A program made the translations under genes and the position numbers. Positions 8,092-16,230 of a stretch of 61,693 nucleotides of DNA are shown piece by piece. The notes beneath the pieces are model-generated. The model worked only from the letters and a program-made list of their open reading frames with translations, was not told the origin of the DNA and did not search any database. The stretch lies in NCBI GenBank assembly GCA_964413905.1, contig CAYPUG010000002.1, positions 1-61,693 on the forward strand, in the 5' to 3' direction. This stretch comes from an uncultured Anaerolineae bacterium (GTDB taxonomy: Bacteria > Chloroflexota > Anaerolineae > JAADDB01). Numbering within the stretch: the first letter of the stretch is position 1; each line of letters starts with the position of its first letter.

Positions 8092-8131
8092 CAAAACTCC
8101 ATGCATGTACCTTGGCTTAAAAAGAGAAGGG
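8080..8131 (+). repeat. Intergenic repeat family B, copy B1
   Basis: CTGATCGACTGACAAAACTCCATGCATGTACCTTGGCTTAAAAAGAGAAGGG. The first 20 nt are identical to 57656-57675. The galK stop TGA (8089-8091) lies inside it. Confidence 0.85.
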
Positions 8132-8191
8132 AAATTCGTGACTTAAAGAGATGGTAAACTGGCCATCTCCAAACAACCGAAGGAGGTTATC

Positions 8192-9487
8192 ATGCCCAAG
8201 TCACCGATTACCGCGGTTATGGTTGGCGCAGGCAACCGAGGGTACTACGCGTACGGTCCGTACGCCCTGGAACACCCCGATGAGTTGAGATTTGTCGCTG
8301 TGGCAGAACCCAACCCGGCCCGGAGGGAGCGATTTGCCAAGGCCCATAACATTCCCCCAGAAAGGCAATTCGCCACATGGGAAGACCTCATCGCGCAAGG
8401 ACAAATAGCGGAAGTGCTGTTCAACATGACCATGGACCAAGAACATTACCCCTCCACCATCGCCGCGCTGGAAGCCGGATACGATGTCCTGCTGGAAAAG
8501 CCCATGGCGCATCGGCTGGAATACAATGTGGCCTTGGTTCAGGCCGCGGAACGCACCGGCCGACTGTTACAAGTGTGTCACGTGCTCCGGTACACGCCTT
8601 TCTTTTCCACCCTTCACAGCATCCTGGAATCCGGTCGTTTGGGCGACATTATCACCGTGGAACACCGGGAAAATGTGGTGTACTGGCACATGGCCCACAG
8701 TTTTGTCCGTGGGAACTGGCGCAATGTAGAAACCTCCGCGCCGATGATCTTGGCTAAATGCTGCCATGATTTTGACATCTTGTACTGGAATTTGGGCGAA
8801 CGGGCCAAGCGACTGAGCTCCTTTGGCTCCCTGCTTCACTTTCGTCCGGAAAACGCACCACCGGGCGCACCCGACCGCTGCACCGACGGCTGTCCCGTCG
8901 CGGATGAATGTCCCTTTGACGCACGACGCATCTACCTGAACATGAACAACACCGGTTGGCCGGTCGTCGCTATTACCGAAGACCTCAGTTATGAAGGGAG
9001 GCTCAAGGCCCTTAAAGAAGGTCCTTACGGTCGTTGTGTGTACAAATGCGATAACGATGTAGTAGACCATCAGATTGTCAACATGGAATTTGAGAGCGGC
9101 ACATCGGTTGCGCTGGTCATGCACGGCCACTCCCACGAAGAAGCCCGTACTATGCGTTACGACGGGACGCGTGCCACTTTGCGCGGAAAATTCGACTATC
9201 GGTCGGGATGGATCGAAATCTGGGATCACGTGACCAACCGCCGCACGGATGTGGACATTCCACCGGCCGAAAGTGGGCACGGGGGTGGCGATTTCGGCGT
9301 GGTGCGCTCGTTCTTACGAGCGGTGCGGGGCGAAGCCGAACCGCTGACCACAGCGCGGGAGGCATTGGAGAGCCATCTCATGGCCTTTGCCGCGGAAGAG
9401 GCACGATTACAAGGCACGGTGGTGGACATGGAAGAGTTCCGTCGCCGGGCCGAAGCATCCACAACGAACTTGACACGTGAAAAATGA
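8192..9487 (+). CDS. Gfo/Idh/MocA family NAD(P)-dependent oxidoreductase
   Basis: N-terminal Rossmann GAGNRG, LLEKPMA motif, family-typical length; GGAGG RBS. Confidence 0.85.
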   Translation: MPKSPITAVMVGAGNRGYYAYGPYALEHPDELRFVAVAEPNPARRERFAKAHNIPPERQFATWEDLIAQGQIAEVLFNMTMDQEHYPSTIAALEAGYDVLLEKPMAHRLEYNVALVQAAERTGRLLQVCHVLRYTPFFSTLHSILESGRLGDIITVEHRENVVYWHMAHSFVRGNWRNVETSAPMILAKCCHDFDILYWNLGERAKRLSSFGSLLHFRPENAPPGAPDRCTDGCPVADECPFDARRIYLNMNNTGWPVVAITEDLSYEGRLKALKEGPYGRCVYKCDNDVVDHQIVNMEFESGTSVALVMHGHSHEEARTMRYDGTRATLRGKFDYRSGWIEIWDHVTNRRTDVDIPPAESGHGGGDFGVVRSFLRAVRGEAEPLTTAREALESHLMAFAAEEARLQGTVVDMEEFRRRAEASTTNLTREK

Positions 9488-10896
9488 AGACACCCGCCTT
9501 TACACACGACACCTATTTGAACCCGTTCACTTGGCGCTACGGCTCGTCCGAAATGCGTCACATCTGGTCCGAGGTGTATAAGCGCCGCCTGTGGCGCCGC
9601 ATCTGGGTCGCGCTCGCGGAAGTGCAAGCGGAGATCGGCGTGATCACCCAGGAGCAGGTCGAGGACCTCCGCGCTCACATGGAGGACATCGACCTCCAAC
9701 GCGCCGCGGAAATCGAAGCCGACATTCACCACGATCTAATGGCCGAAGTTCGCACCTACGCGGAACAGTGTCCGGTGGGCGGAGGCATTATCCACCTGGG
9801 TGCCACGAGCATGGACATCGAGGACAATGCCGATGCTTTGCGGCTGAGAGAAGCCCTGGACATCATCCTCATCCGCTTAAGGGAGGTGCTTCACCTTCTG
9901 GCTGACCTGATCGAGCGGGAGGCAGAGCACGTGTGTATGGGATTCACACATCTGCAACCCGCAGAACCCACAACCGTGGGCTATCGCCTGGCCGGATACG
10001 GTCAGGACCTGTTGGCCGATTGGGAGTCCCTTTCCCGGTTACGCGAGCATATTCGCGGTAAAGGATTTAAGGGTGCAGTAGGCACATCGGCTTCCTACGC
10101 AGAACTGCTACGTGGGACAGGCATAACCCCCCAGGAATTTGAAAAACGAGTCATGGCCCGCCTTTCCCTGGACGCGTACCCTGTAACCCACCAGACCTAT
10201 CCCCGCCGTCAGGATTGGGAGGTGGTGAGTGCCCTGGCCAGCATGGGGATGACGTTATACCGATTAGCCTTTGACCTGCGCGTTCTACAATCTCCGCCCT
10301 TTGGGGAATGGCAAGAGCCGTTTGGCCGAACCCAAGTGGGATCCTCGGCCATGCCCTTTAAACGGAATCCTATTCACGCGGAAAACATGAACAGTCTGGC
10401 CCGATTTCTCGCGGCCTTGCCACGTGTGATGTGGGACAATGCCGCGCATTCCTTGCTCGAACGCACCCTGGACGATTCCGCGAACCGGCGCTTGGTGTTG
10501 CCCGAGGCGTTTCTCGCCGCGGATGAACTGTTACGCCGCTGTGCCCGCGTTCTGAAGGGGCTTCGACTTAACGAAACCGCTATTGCGCGCAACGTGTACA
10601 TCTACGGGACCTTTGCGGCCACCGAACGGGTCTTAATGGAGGCCGTGCGTAATGGCGCCAACCGACAGACCATCCACGAGATCATCCGGGAGTACAGTAT
10701 GCAAGCGTGGCGAGACGTTCAAGAGGGAAAGGATAACCCCTTGGTCGAGATGTTGTGCCGAGATGAGCGCCTCACCCGGTGGCTTTCCCCGGCACGCATT
10801 CGCCGCTTAATGGATGTCCGGGAATATGTGGGCGATGCTCCCCAACGCGCCCGCGGCCTGGCAGCGGAAATCCGTAGAAGCATACATATTGATTGA
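9484..10896 (+). CDS. purB: Adenylosuccinate lyase
   Basis: Fumarate-lyase signature GSSAMPFKRNP, HLGATSMDIEDN; ATGA overlap with the upstream gene. Confidence 0.9.
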   Translation: MKTPAFTHDTYLNPFTWRYGSSEMRHIWSEVYKRRLWRRIWVALAEVQAEIGVITQEQVEDLRAHMEDIDLQRAAEIEADIHHDLMAEVRTYAEQCPVGGGIIHLGATSMDIEDNADALRLREALDIILIRLREVLHLLADLIEREAEHVCMGFTHLQPAEPTTVGYRLAGYGQDLLADWESLSRLREHIRGKGFKGAVGTSASYAELLRGTGITPQEFEKRVMARLSLDAYPVTHQTYPRRQDWEVVSALASMGMTLYRLAFDLRVLQSPPFGEWQEPFGRTQVGSSAMPFKRNPIHAENMNSLARFLAALPRVMWDNAAHSLLERTLDDSANRRLVLPEAFLAADELLRRCARVLKGLRLNETAIARNVYIYGTFAATERVLMEAVRNGANRQTIHEIIREYSMQAWRDVQEGKDNPLVEMLCRDERLTRWLSPARIRRLMDVREYVGDAPQRARGLAAEIRRSIHID

Positions 10897-10949
10897 CGAA
10901 CACATCGCGTCTTATGTACACCCAACGTGCACGCGCGTCGCCCCCGCGT

Positions 10950-11198
10950 TCACCGACTGTCCAACGGGCCGGTGAACTCTTCTTCATCGTATCCACCGAG
11001 CCCGTTGGGCACGAGCTGTTTAATGCGCAAATCCGCTTCATCCAACAATTTATGGCAGTGCCGGGCCAGCCGAATACCGCGCTCATATAGGGCCAAGGTG
11101 TCGGCCAAAGGCTGCGAGCCTTCCTCCAAGATACGCACAATATGTTCTAACTCTGCGAACGCCTGTTCAAAAGAGAGATCTTCCACCGGCACACTCAT
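10950..11198 (-). CDS. xseB: Exodeoxyribonuclease VII small subunit
   Basis: Start moved to MSVPVEDLSFEQAFAELEHIV..LE.G; ATGA overlap with the xseA stop at 11195-11198. Confidence 0.85.
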   Translation of the reverse strand: MSVPVEDLSFEQAFAELEHIVRILEEGSQPLADTLALYERGIRLARHCHKLLDEADLRIKQLVPNGLGGYDEEEFTGPLDSR

Positions 11199-12406
11199 GG
11201 CTCTTCCTCCTTGTTCACCACCCACGTCTCCAATCGTCCATCGTGAAGCCGGATCCACACATGTTCGCCGGGTTCCACCTGACGGACAGAAGTGATCAAC
11301 GTCCCATCCAGGCGTTGCACCCAGGCGTATCCACGCTCCAACACTCGGAGGGGACTCAGCGCTTCCAGACGAGCGGACAACGCTTCCACACGAGAACGGG
11401 TAAAGCTCATACGATGCTGCACAGCATGGTGCAATCGGGCTGTGAGGTGGTCCACATTTTGACGGGCGACCTCGATGCGCGCTTGGGGACTGTACATGCG
11501 CAATGCCCGCTCTTCCGCACGAACGCGTTGACGTCGTTCTTCCACAGAGGTGTGAACCTGCTGGACCAGGCGAGCCACATACGCCCGCAGGCGTTGTCGC
11601 AAGTCCTGACCGTCGGGGACTACCGCGGCCGCGGCCGCGGAAGGGGTAGGGGCCCGTAAATCCGCGACAAAATCCGCGATGGTAAAATCGGTCTCATGGC
11701 CGACACCGCTCACCACAGGAATGGGGGAACGGGCAATAGCCCGAGCCACCCGTTCATCGTTAAACGCCCACAAGTCCTCTAGAGAGCCCCCGCCTCGGGC
11801 TACCACAATCACGTCCACATCACCGTACTCGATGAGCGCGTTTAACGCGTTGACGATTTGGGGAGGAGCGTCCTGGCCTTGCACCAAGGTGGGGGCGAGG
11901 ATAAGTTCTACGTTCGGAAAACGCGAGCGGATCACCCGCACAATATCCCGCAACGCGGCACCGTGGGGAGAGGTGACCAGGCCGATCCGTCGGGGCCAGC
12001 GGGGCAAAGGACGTTTTCGCTCCGGAGCGAACAACCCCTCGGCTTCCAAACGAGCCTTCAGGCGTTCAAATTCCGCGTGGAGATCGCCGATTCCGGCAGG
12101 CCGTATGAAATCCACATACAACTGATACACCCCACGGGTCTCGTACACGTTGATGTGTCCGTGGGCGAGCACGTGCTCACCGTTCTGGGGCATTGTGGGC
12201 AAAGTATCGGCCACCGAACGCCACATCACACAAGAAAGTGTTGCGCCCGCGTCTTTGAGACTAAAATAACAATGGCCCGAAGAATAGCGTACAAAGTTCG
12301 ACACCTCCCCCTGAATCCACACATCCCGAAGTTGAGCATCAGAGAGGATAAGGGCTTTGATATGAGCCGTCAGGTCGGAAACGGTCCAGGCTTGCATCAT
12401 CTCCAC
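11195..12406 (-). CDS. xseA: Exodeoxyribonuclease VII large subunit
   Basis: N-terminal OB-fold (GEVSNF..SGHCYFSLKD), RGGGSLEDLWAFNDERVARAI core, C-terminal coiled region. Confidence 0.9.
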   Translation of the reverse strand: MEMMQAWTVSDLTAHIKALILSDAQLRDVWIQGEVSNFVRYSSGHCYFSLKDAGATLSCVMWRSVADTLPTMPQNGEHVLAHGHINVYETRGVYQLYVDFIRPAGIGDLHAEFERLKARLEAEGLFAPERKRPLPRWPRRIGLVTSPHGAALRDIVRVIRSRFPNVELILAPTLVQGQDAPPQIVNALNALIEYGDVDVIVVARGGGSLEDLWAFNDERVARAIARSPIPVVSGVGHETDFTIADFVADLRAPTPSAAAAAVVPDGQDLRQRLRAYVARLVQQVHTSVEERRQRVRAEERALRMYSPQARIEVARQNVDHLTARLHHAVQHRMSFTRSRVEALSARLEALSPLRVLERGYAWVQRLDGTLITSVRQVEPGEHVWIRLHDGRLETWVVNKEEEP

Positions 12407-13428
12407 CAGGGCAGCTCCAGAGAAAAAGGATTCCTTTGCCGTCCGGCTGCACTCTCCTTAAAGAGATGAGCCGGAAACTGATGGCCGGAGGGCACCATTA
12501 AGGTAAGAGAGAGAGGATCGACGTAAACGTGGACAGGGGTATGGGTAATAGGGTCACCATCCAAGTGAACCGGTTGGGGGGGAGATGCATCGATGTAGAG
12601 CTCACCGGTCTGGCGCACCGGGATATCCCTCCCCACAGGACGACGGAATAAAGCCAAACGCGAGAGACGAGTCAAAAAGTCCTGCAGGTTATTTCCCGGC
12701 ACCAGGGACACATCTAACAGCCCATCATCCAGGCGGGCCTCCGGGGCCAAACGAACAACAGCCGCGTACAATTGACTGTTGTTGACAACAACCAAATAAT
12801 ATCTCCCCTCAATGTACTCCTTATTGATGTGGATACGCCAATGAGGGGCCTCGTATGAGAACATCTCTTGTACGGCAGGCAAGACATACGCGGCAATCCC
12901 CCATTTTCGCTTTTCTTCCGGGTGTGGTTCCACCCGCAACGTTACTTTTGCATCCAACCCGGCCCCTCCCCAGTTGATAAAACGGAAAAGCCGACCCTTT
13001 TCATCCTCAATGACGCCCAGGTCAATACGGTGCCACAACGCGTTGGTGAGCATTCGTGCGGCATCGGTGAAGGCCGTCGGATACCAGGGAACGGGGATAG
13101 GCAGGCCGAGATCACGGGCGAGGATGTTGCCCGTCCCCGCGGGAATGATCCCTAACGCCACATCACTCCCGGCCAAACCGTCCGCGGCTTGACCGATACT
13201 CCCATCTCCGCCGGCAACGATCACCGCGTTGTACCCCAGGGCAACGGCTTCCCGAGCCAGTTCTCGAGTGTGGCGAGGATATTGACTGTTCACCCAATCC
13301 ACATGCCAACCGCGTTCGCGCAGTATCCGAACGGCTCGCTGCAAATCATCCATTCTTTGTCCATTACGAGCCGCGGGGTTGACGATCAGCCGTGCTCGAA
13401 TAGCCTCCGGTTTGGGTACGTAGACCAT
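12397..13428 (-). CDS. Diacylglycerol/lipid kinase family protein (YegS/DagK-like)
   Basis: LIVNPAARNG and VAGGDGSIGQAADGL motifs. Start moved to the ATG at 13428, which avoids overlap with the upstream gene ending at 13433. Confidence 0.8.
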   Translation of the reverse strand: MVYVPKPEAIRARLIVNPAARNGQRMDDLQRAVRILRERGWHVDWVNSQYPRHTRELAREAVALGYNAVIVAGGDGSIGQAADGLAGSDVALGIIPAGTGNILARDLGLPIPVPWYPTAFTDAARMLTNALWHRIDLGVIEDEKGRLFRFINWGGAGLDAKVTLRVEPHPEEKRKWGIAAYVLPAVQEMFSYEAPHWRIHINKEYIEGRYYLVVVNNSQLYAAVVRLAPEARLDDGLLDVSLVPGNNLQDFLTRLSRLALFRRPVGRDIPVRQTGELYIDASPPQPVHLDGDPITHTPVHVYVDPLSLTLMVPSGHQFPAHLFKESAAGRQRNPFSLELPWWR

Positions 13429-13432
13429 GAAA

Positions 13433-13900
13433 TCACTCTTTCTCAGATGCATGACACGGCCGACGCCGATATGCGACATGCCACAGACGGTGATAAAAAT
13501 GAAAACTGGCCAGGAACAACGATCCCCCCATGATGATGTAGATAAAGGCCAAGATCTCACGAGGCATCGGGGAACGCCGCAACGTCATGCCTAACCCGAT
13601 CATCAGGAGAATCATCACGTATCCTTTAGGAGAGTTGAACGCGAACACCCAAGCCCGTTCAGGTAACCCGCATAAACGGCGGATATTCTTTTCCACCGTC
13701 TTAGTAAAGCCGAAATAATACGCGGCCACCGCCAGCAGTGCGCTGACGCCAGCAATGAGATACACGGTACCATAGGACTTCCCACTCAACCAAACGGCCG
13801 CACGGCCTATCAGCATCACCCCAACACCGGTCCACATGCCTCCGGCCAGCGCCAATAACACATGACGGTGTACTTTAGGTTTCCATTGAACGTACCTCAT
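13433..13900 (-). CDS. Small multi-pass membrane protein, unknown function
   Basis: Four hydrophobic helices. The ORF opens at a TTG at 13951; the ATG at 13900 (MRYVQWKPK) is preferred but uncertain. Confidence 0.55.
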   Translation of the reverse strand: MRYVQWKPKVHRHVLLALAGGMWTGVGVMLIGRAAVWLSGKSYGTVYLIAGVSALLAVAAYYFGFTKTVEKNIRRLCGLPERAWVFAFNSPKGYVMILLMIGLGMTLRRSPMPREILAFIYIIMGGSLFLASFHFYHRLWHVAYRRRPCHASEKE

Positions 13901-14058
13901 ACGCCACTTCACCCTCTGAGGGATCGGTACAAGTCGCAACCGAGCAATCAACCGTCAATAAACAAATACGCTAATAGGCTACTTGAGCCCCTTGTTTTTG
14001 GCAAATGTCTCGGTCTGTCTCCCAGGGAAAACGCAACCCTCCTCGCCACATTCGTTCC

Positions 14059-15195
14059 TTAGGCCGGGGTGATGCTCCCAAGAAGGACGCGACGTCGCGC
14101 GCCGGTGGCTTGGGGGAGGTTACCCGGCCTCCCATGCCACGTCTCATAAGCGAGGATGGCAAAGGCAACCGCCTCTTTTGCATCCACAGGAATGCCCACC
14201 TTGTCCGAAAGAATCACCCGAGCCGGGTGGAGCAATTTGCTCAACAGCCCCATCAATACTGGGTTGTGTGCCCCCCCGCCGCTGACGATGACCTCCTCCG
14301 GAAACAGGGGGAGGAAATCCCGGTACGCTTGAGCGATAGTATGCGCCGTCAACGCAGTCACCGTGGCCACCACATCCGGTCCGGAGAGACCGCGCTTTCG
14401 TCCCTCTTTCCAAATGTGTTGGGCATACGCGCGGGTGAAATGTTCCCGTCCTGTGGATTTAGGGGGAGGAAGGCGATAATAGGGATCCGCCAGAAGGTCG
14501 GCCAGGAGGGATGTGTCCACCTGTCCCTGAGCGGCTAATATGCCATCGGCATCGTATGTCCGACGTCCCCCTGTCACGAAAGCGACCACGTGGTCAATAA
14601 GCACGTTGCCCGGACCGGTATCAAAGGCCATGGGGTCCACATCTGGACGACTGTGCGGGGGCAAAAACGTCACATTACTTATGCCTCCGATGTTCTGGGC
14701 CACGCGCACCCGTTTTTCGTGAGTTAGAAGTAATACATCCACATACGCGACGAGAGGGGCGCCTTGGCCCCCCACGGCCATGTCCCGAGCCCGGAAGTTG
14801 CTCACCACCGGGATGCCCGTACGCTCCGCGATGATTGCGGGTTCACCTAGCTGGAGTGTTGCCGGGGGGGGCGCGTCAGGTGCATGCCAGACGGTTTGTC
14901 CGTGAGAGCCGATAAGGTCCACATCGGCCAGGTCAAGGTGGCACATCTGAACCGCGTCCAGGACGGCACGAGCAAATTGTTCACCCAGCAAAGCGTTGAG
15001 CAAGCAAACACGATCCACGGTTCCCGTTTCCGGTTGTAGAGCCTGGAAAATCGCGGTACGCACCTCTGGAGGGTGAGGAACGGTGGTGTAGCACACCAAG
15101 CGCCAGCGTAGGTTGGGAGGTGCACCTTCAATGTCCACAACGGCCACATCGGTACCGTCCGCGGAAGTGCCGGACATAAGGCCGATAACGCGCAT
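14059..15195 (-). CDS. anmK: Anhydro-N-acetylmuramic acid kinase
   Basis: GLMSGTSADGTDVA N-terminal signature. The ATG at 15195 follows GGGAGAAGGG. The longer ORF to 15267 would overlap the tRNA. Confidence 0.9.
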   Translation of the reverse strand: MRVIGLMSGTSADGTDVAVVDIEGAPPNLRWRLVCYTTVPHPPEVRTAIFQALQPETGTVDRVCLLNALLGEQFARAVLDAVQMCHLDLADVDLIGSHGQTVWHAPDAPPPATLQLGEPAIIAERTGIPVVSNFRARDMAVGGQGAPLVAYVDVLLLTHEKRVRVAQNIGGISNVTFLPPHSRPDVDPMAFDTGPGNVLIDHVVAFVTGGRRTYDADGILAAQGQVDTSLLADLLADPYYRLPPPKSTGREHFTRAYAQHIWKEGRKRGLSGPDVVATVTALTAHTIAQAYRDFLPLFPEEVIVSGGGAHNPVLMGLLSKLLHPARVILSDKVGIPVDAKEAVAFAILAYETWHGRPGNLPQATGARRRVLLGSITPA

Positions 15196-15255
15196 AGCCC
15201 TTCTCCCTCGCACATGTGCAAAGAAAAAGGGCGGGATGTGTGCATCCCGCCCCTC

Positions 15256-15333
15256 TGGTGCCCCCAAGGGGATTCGAACCCCTGTCGCGGGCTTGAAAGG
15301 CCCGTGTCCTTGGCCTGGCTAGACGATGGGGGC
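15256..15333 (-). tRNA. tRNA-Glu (anticodon UUC), CCA encoded
   Basis: Reverse complement reads GCCCCCATCGTCTAGCCAGGCCAAGGACACGGGCCTTTCAAGCCCGCGACAGGGGTTCGAATCCCCTTGGGGGCACCA. It folds as a cloverleaf with anticodon loop CUUUCAA and T-loop GGTTCGAATCC. Confidence 0.95.
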
Positions 15334-15358
15334 ACGTCCACCCTGGATTGTATTCAGG

Positions 15359-16147
15359 TTACGAGGAGGGGGCAAGTTCGCTTCCCTTTGAAGTAGAGAG
15401 GAACGTTTTGACATCTTCCTCGCACACTCCACACTCCCGGCAAAAGTCTTCCATCTGACCGGGCCGCATGAGTCCCTTTTCAACACGCCAGGCGATCATG
15501 CGAGCGATTTCCTCTTTGGGCAAAGGTTCTTCCTGTCCGATCTCCAACAGTGTTTTCAACACATGAGCAACATGTTCGACCTTTTCCAAGATGAGATAGG
15601 CATCGATGGGGCTGTTTCCCACGGTGACAGAACCGTGTCGTTTCAGGATCAAAGCATCATACTTTTCGATAAGGCCGGCCAGAACCCGGGGGCCATCCAA
15701 GGACGCAGGCATGGCGTATTCGGTAGTAGGGATCATGCCCAAAGTCATCACCACCTCCGGGAGCACACAGCGGGCCAGGGATACACCGGCAATGCTGAGG
15801 GCTACCGCTAAAGGAGGGTGAGCGTGGACCACGGAGCGGATATCTGGACGACGGCGGTAGGCTTCCAGGTGAAGGAACACCTCTGATGTCGGCCGTAGCC
15901 CGGGACGCCCTTCCACAACCCGACCGGCTTCGTCTACAACCAACAGATCTTCTTCGCGCAGTAGTCCCTTACTAAAACCGCTGGGGGTCATCAGATAGCG
16001 GTCTTCGGATAAGCGTACAGAGACGTTTCCATCTTTGCCTACAATGAAGCCTTTCTGGTGCATTAAATGGCAAACGGTAATGATCTCCGCGCGCCAGGAG
16101 GCTTCGCTGCGGGATGTATCCTCTATAAACGTGGGTTCGTAGGCCAT
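15359..16147 (-). CDS. Class II aldolase/adducin-family protein (fuculose-P aldolase / methylthioribulose-1-P dehydratase-like) with a Cys-containing C-terminal tail
   Basis: GNVSVR, LMTPSG and VVHAHPP metal-site motifs. Start chosen at MAYEP (ATG at 16147) behind GGAGGAG; the ATG at 16174 is also possible. Confidence 0.8.
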   Translation of the reverse strand: MAYEPTFIEDTSRSEASWRAEIITVCHLMHQKGFIVGKDGNVSVRLSEDRYLMTPSGFSKGLLREEDLLVVDEAGRVVEGRPGLRPTSEVFLHLEAYRRRPDIRSVVHAHPPLAVALSIAGVSLARCVLPEVVMTLGMIPTTEYAMPASLDGPRVLAGLIEKYDALILKRHGSVTVGNSPIDAYLILEKVEHVAHVLKTLLEIGQEEPLPKEEIARMIAWRVEKGLMRPGQMEDFCRECGVCEEDVKTFLSTSKGSELAPSS

Positions 16148-16175
16148 TGCTGCCTTATGCTCCTCCAAAAGCATT

Positions 16176-16221
16176 GTGATGCGTGATACGCGTGCACGTA
16201 TCACGCAGTATCACGCATCAC
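16176..16221 (-). repeat. 14-bp inverted repeat GTGATGCGTGATAC/GTATCACGCATCAC with an extra internal GTATCACGCA copy; possible fhs terminator and/or operator
   Basis: Arms at 16176-16189 and 16208-16221; direct duplicate GTATCACGCA at 16198-16207. Lies between the fhs stop (16231) and the aldolase start. Confidence 0.75.
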
Positions 16222-16230
16222 AAACTGGGT

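Noticed and set aside
15196-15267. Longer anmK start at 15267
   Set aside because: It would overlap the tRNA-Glu gene (15256-15333). The ATG at 15195 has a good RBS and begins right before the conserved GLMSGTS motif.
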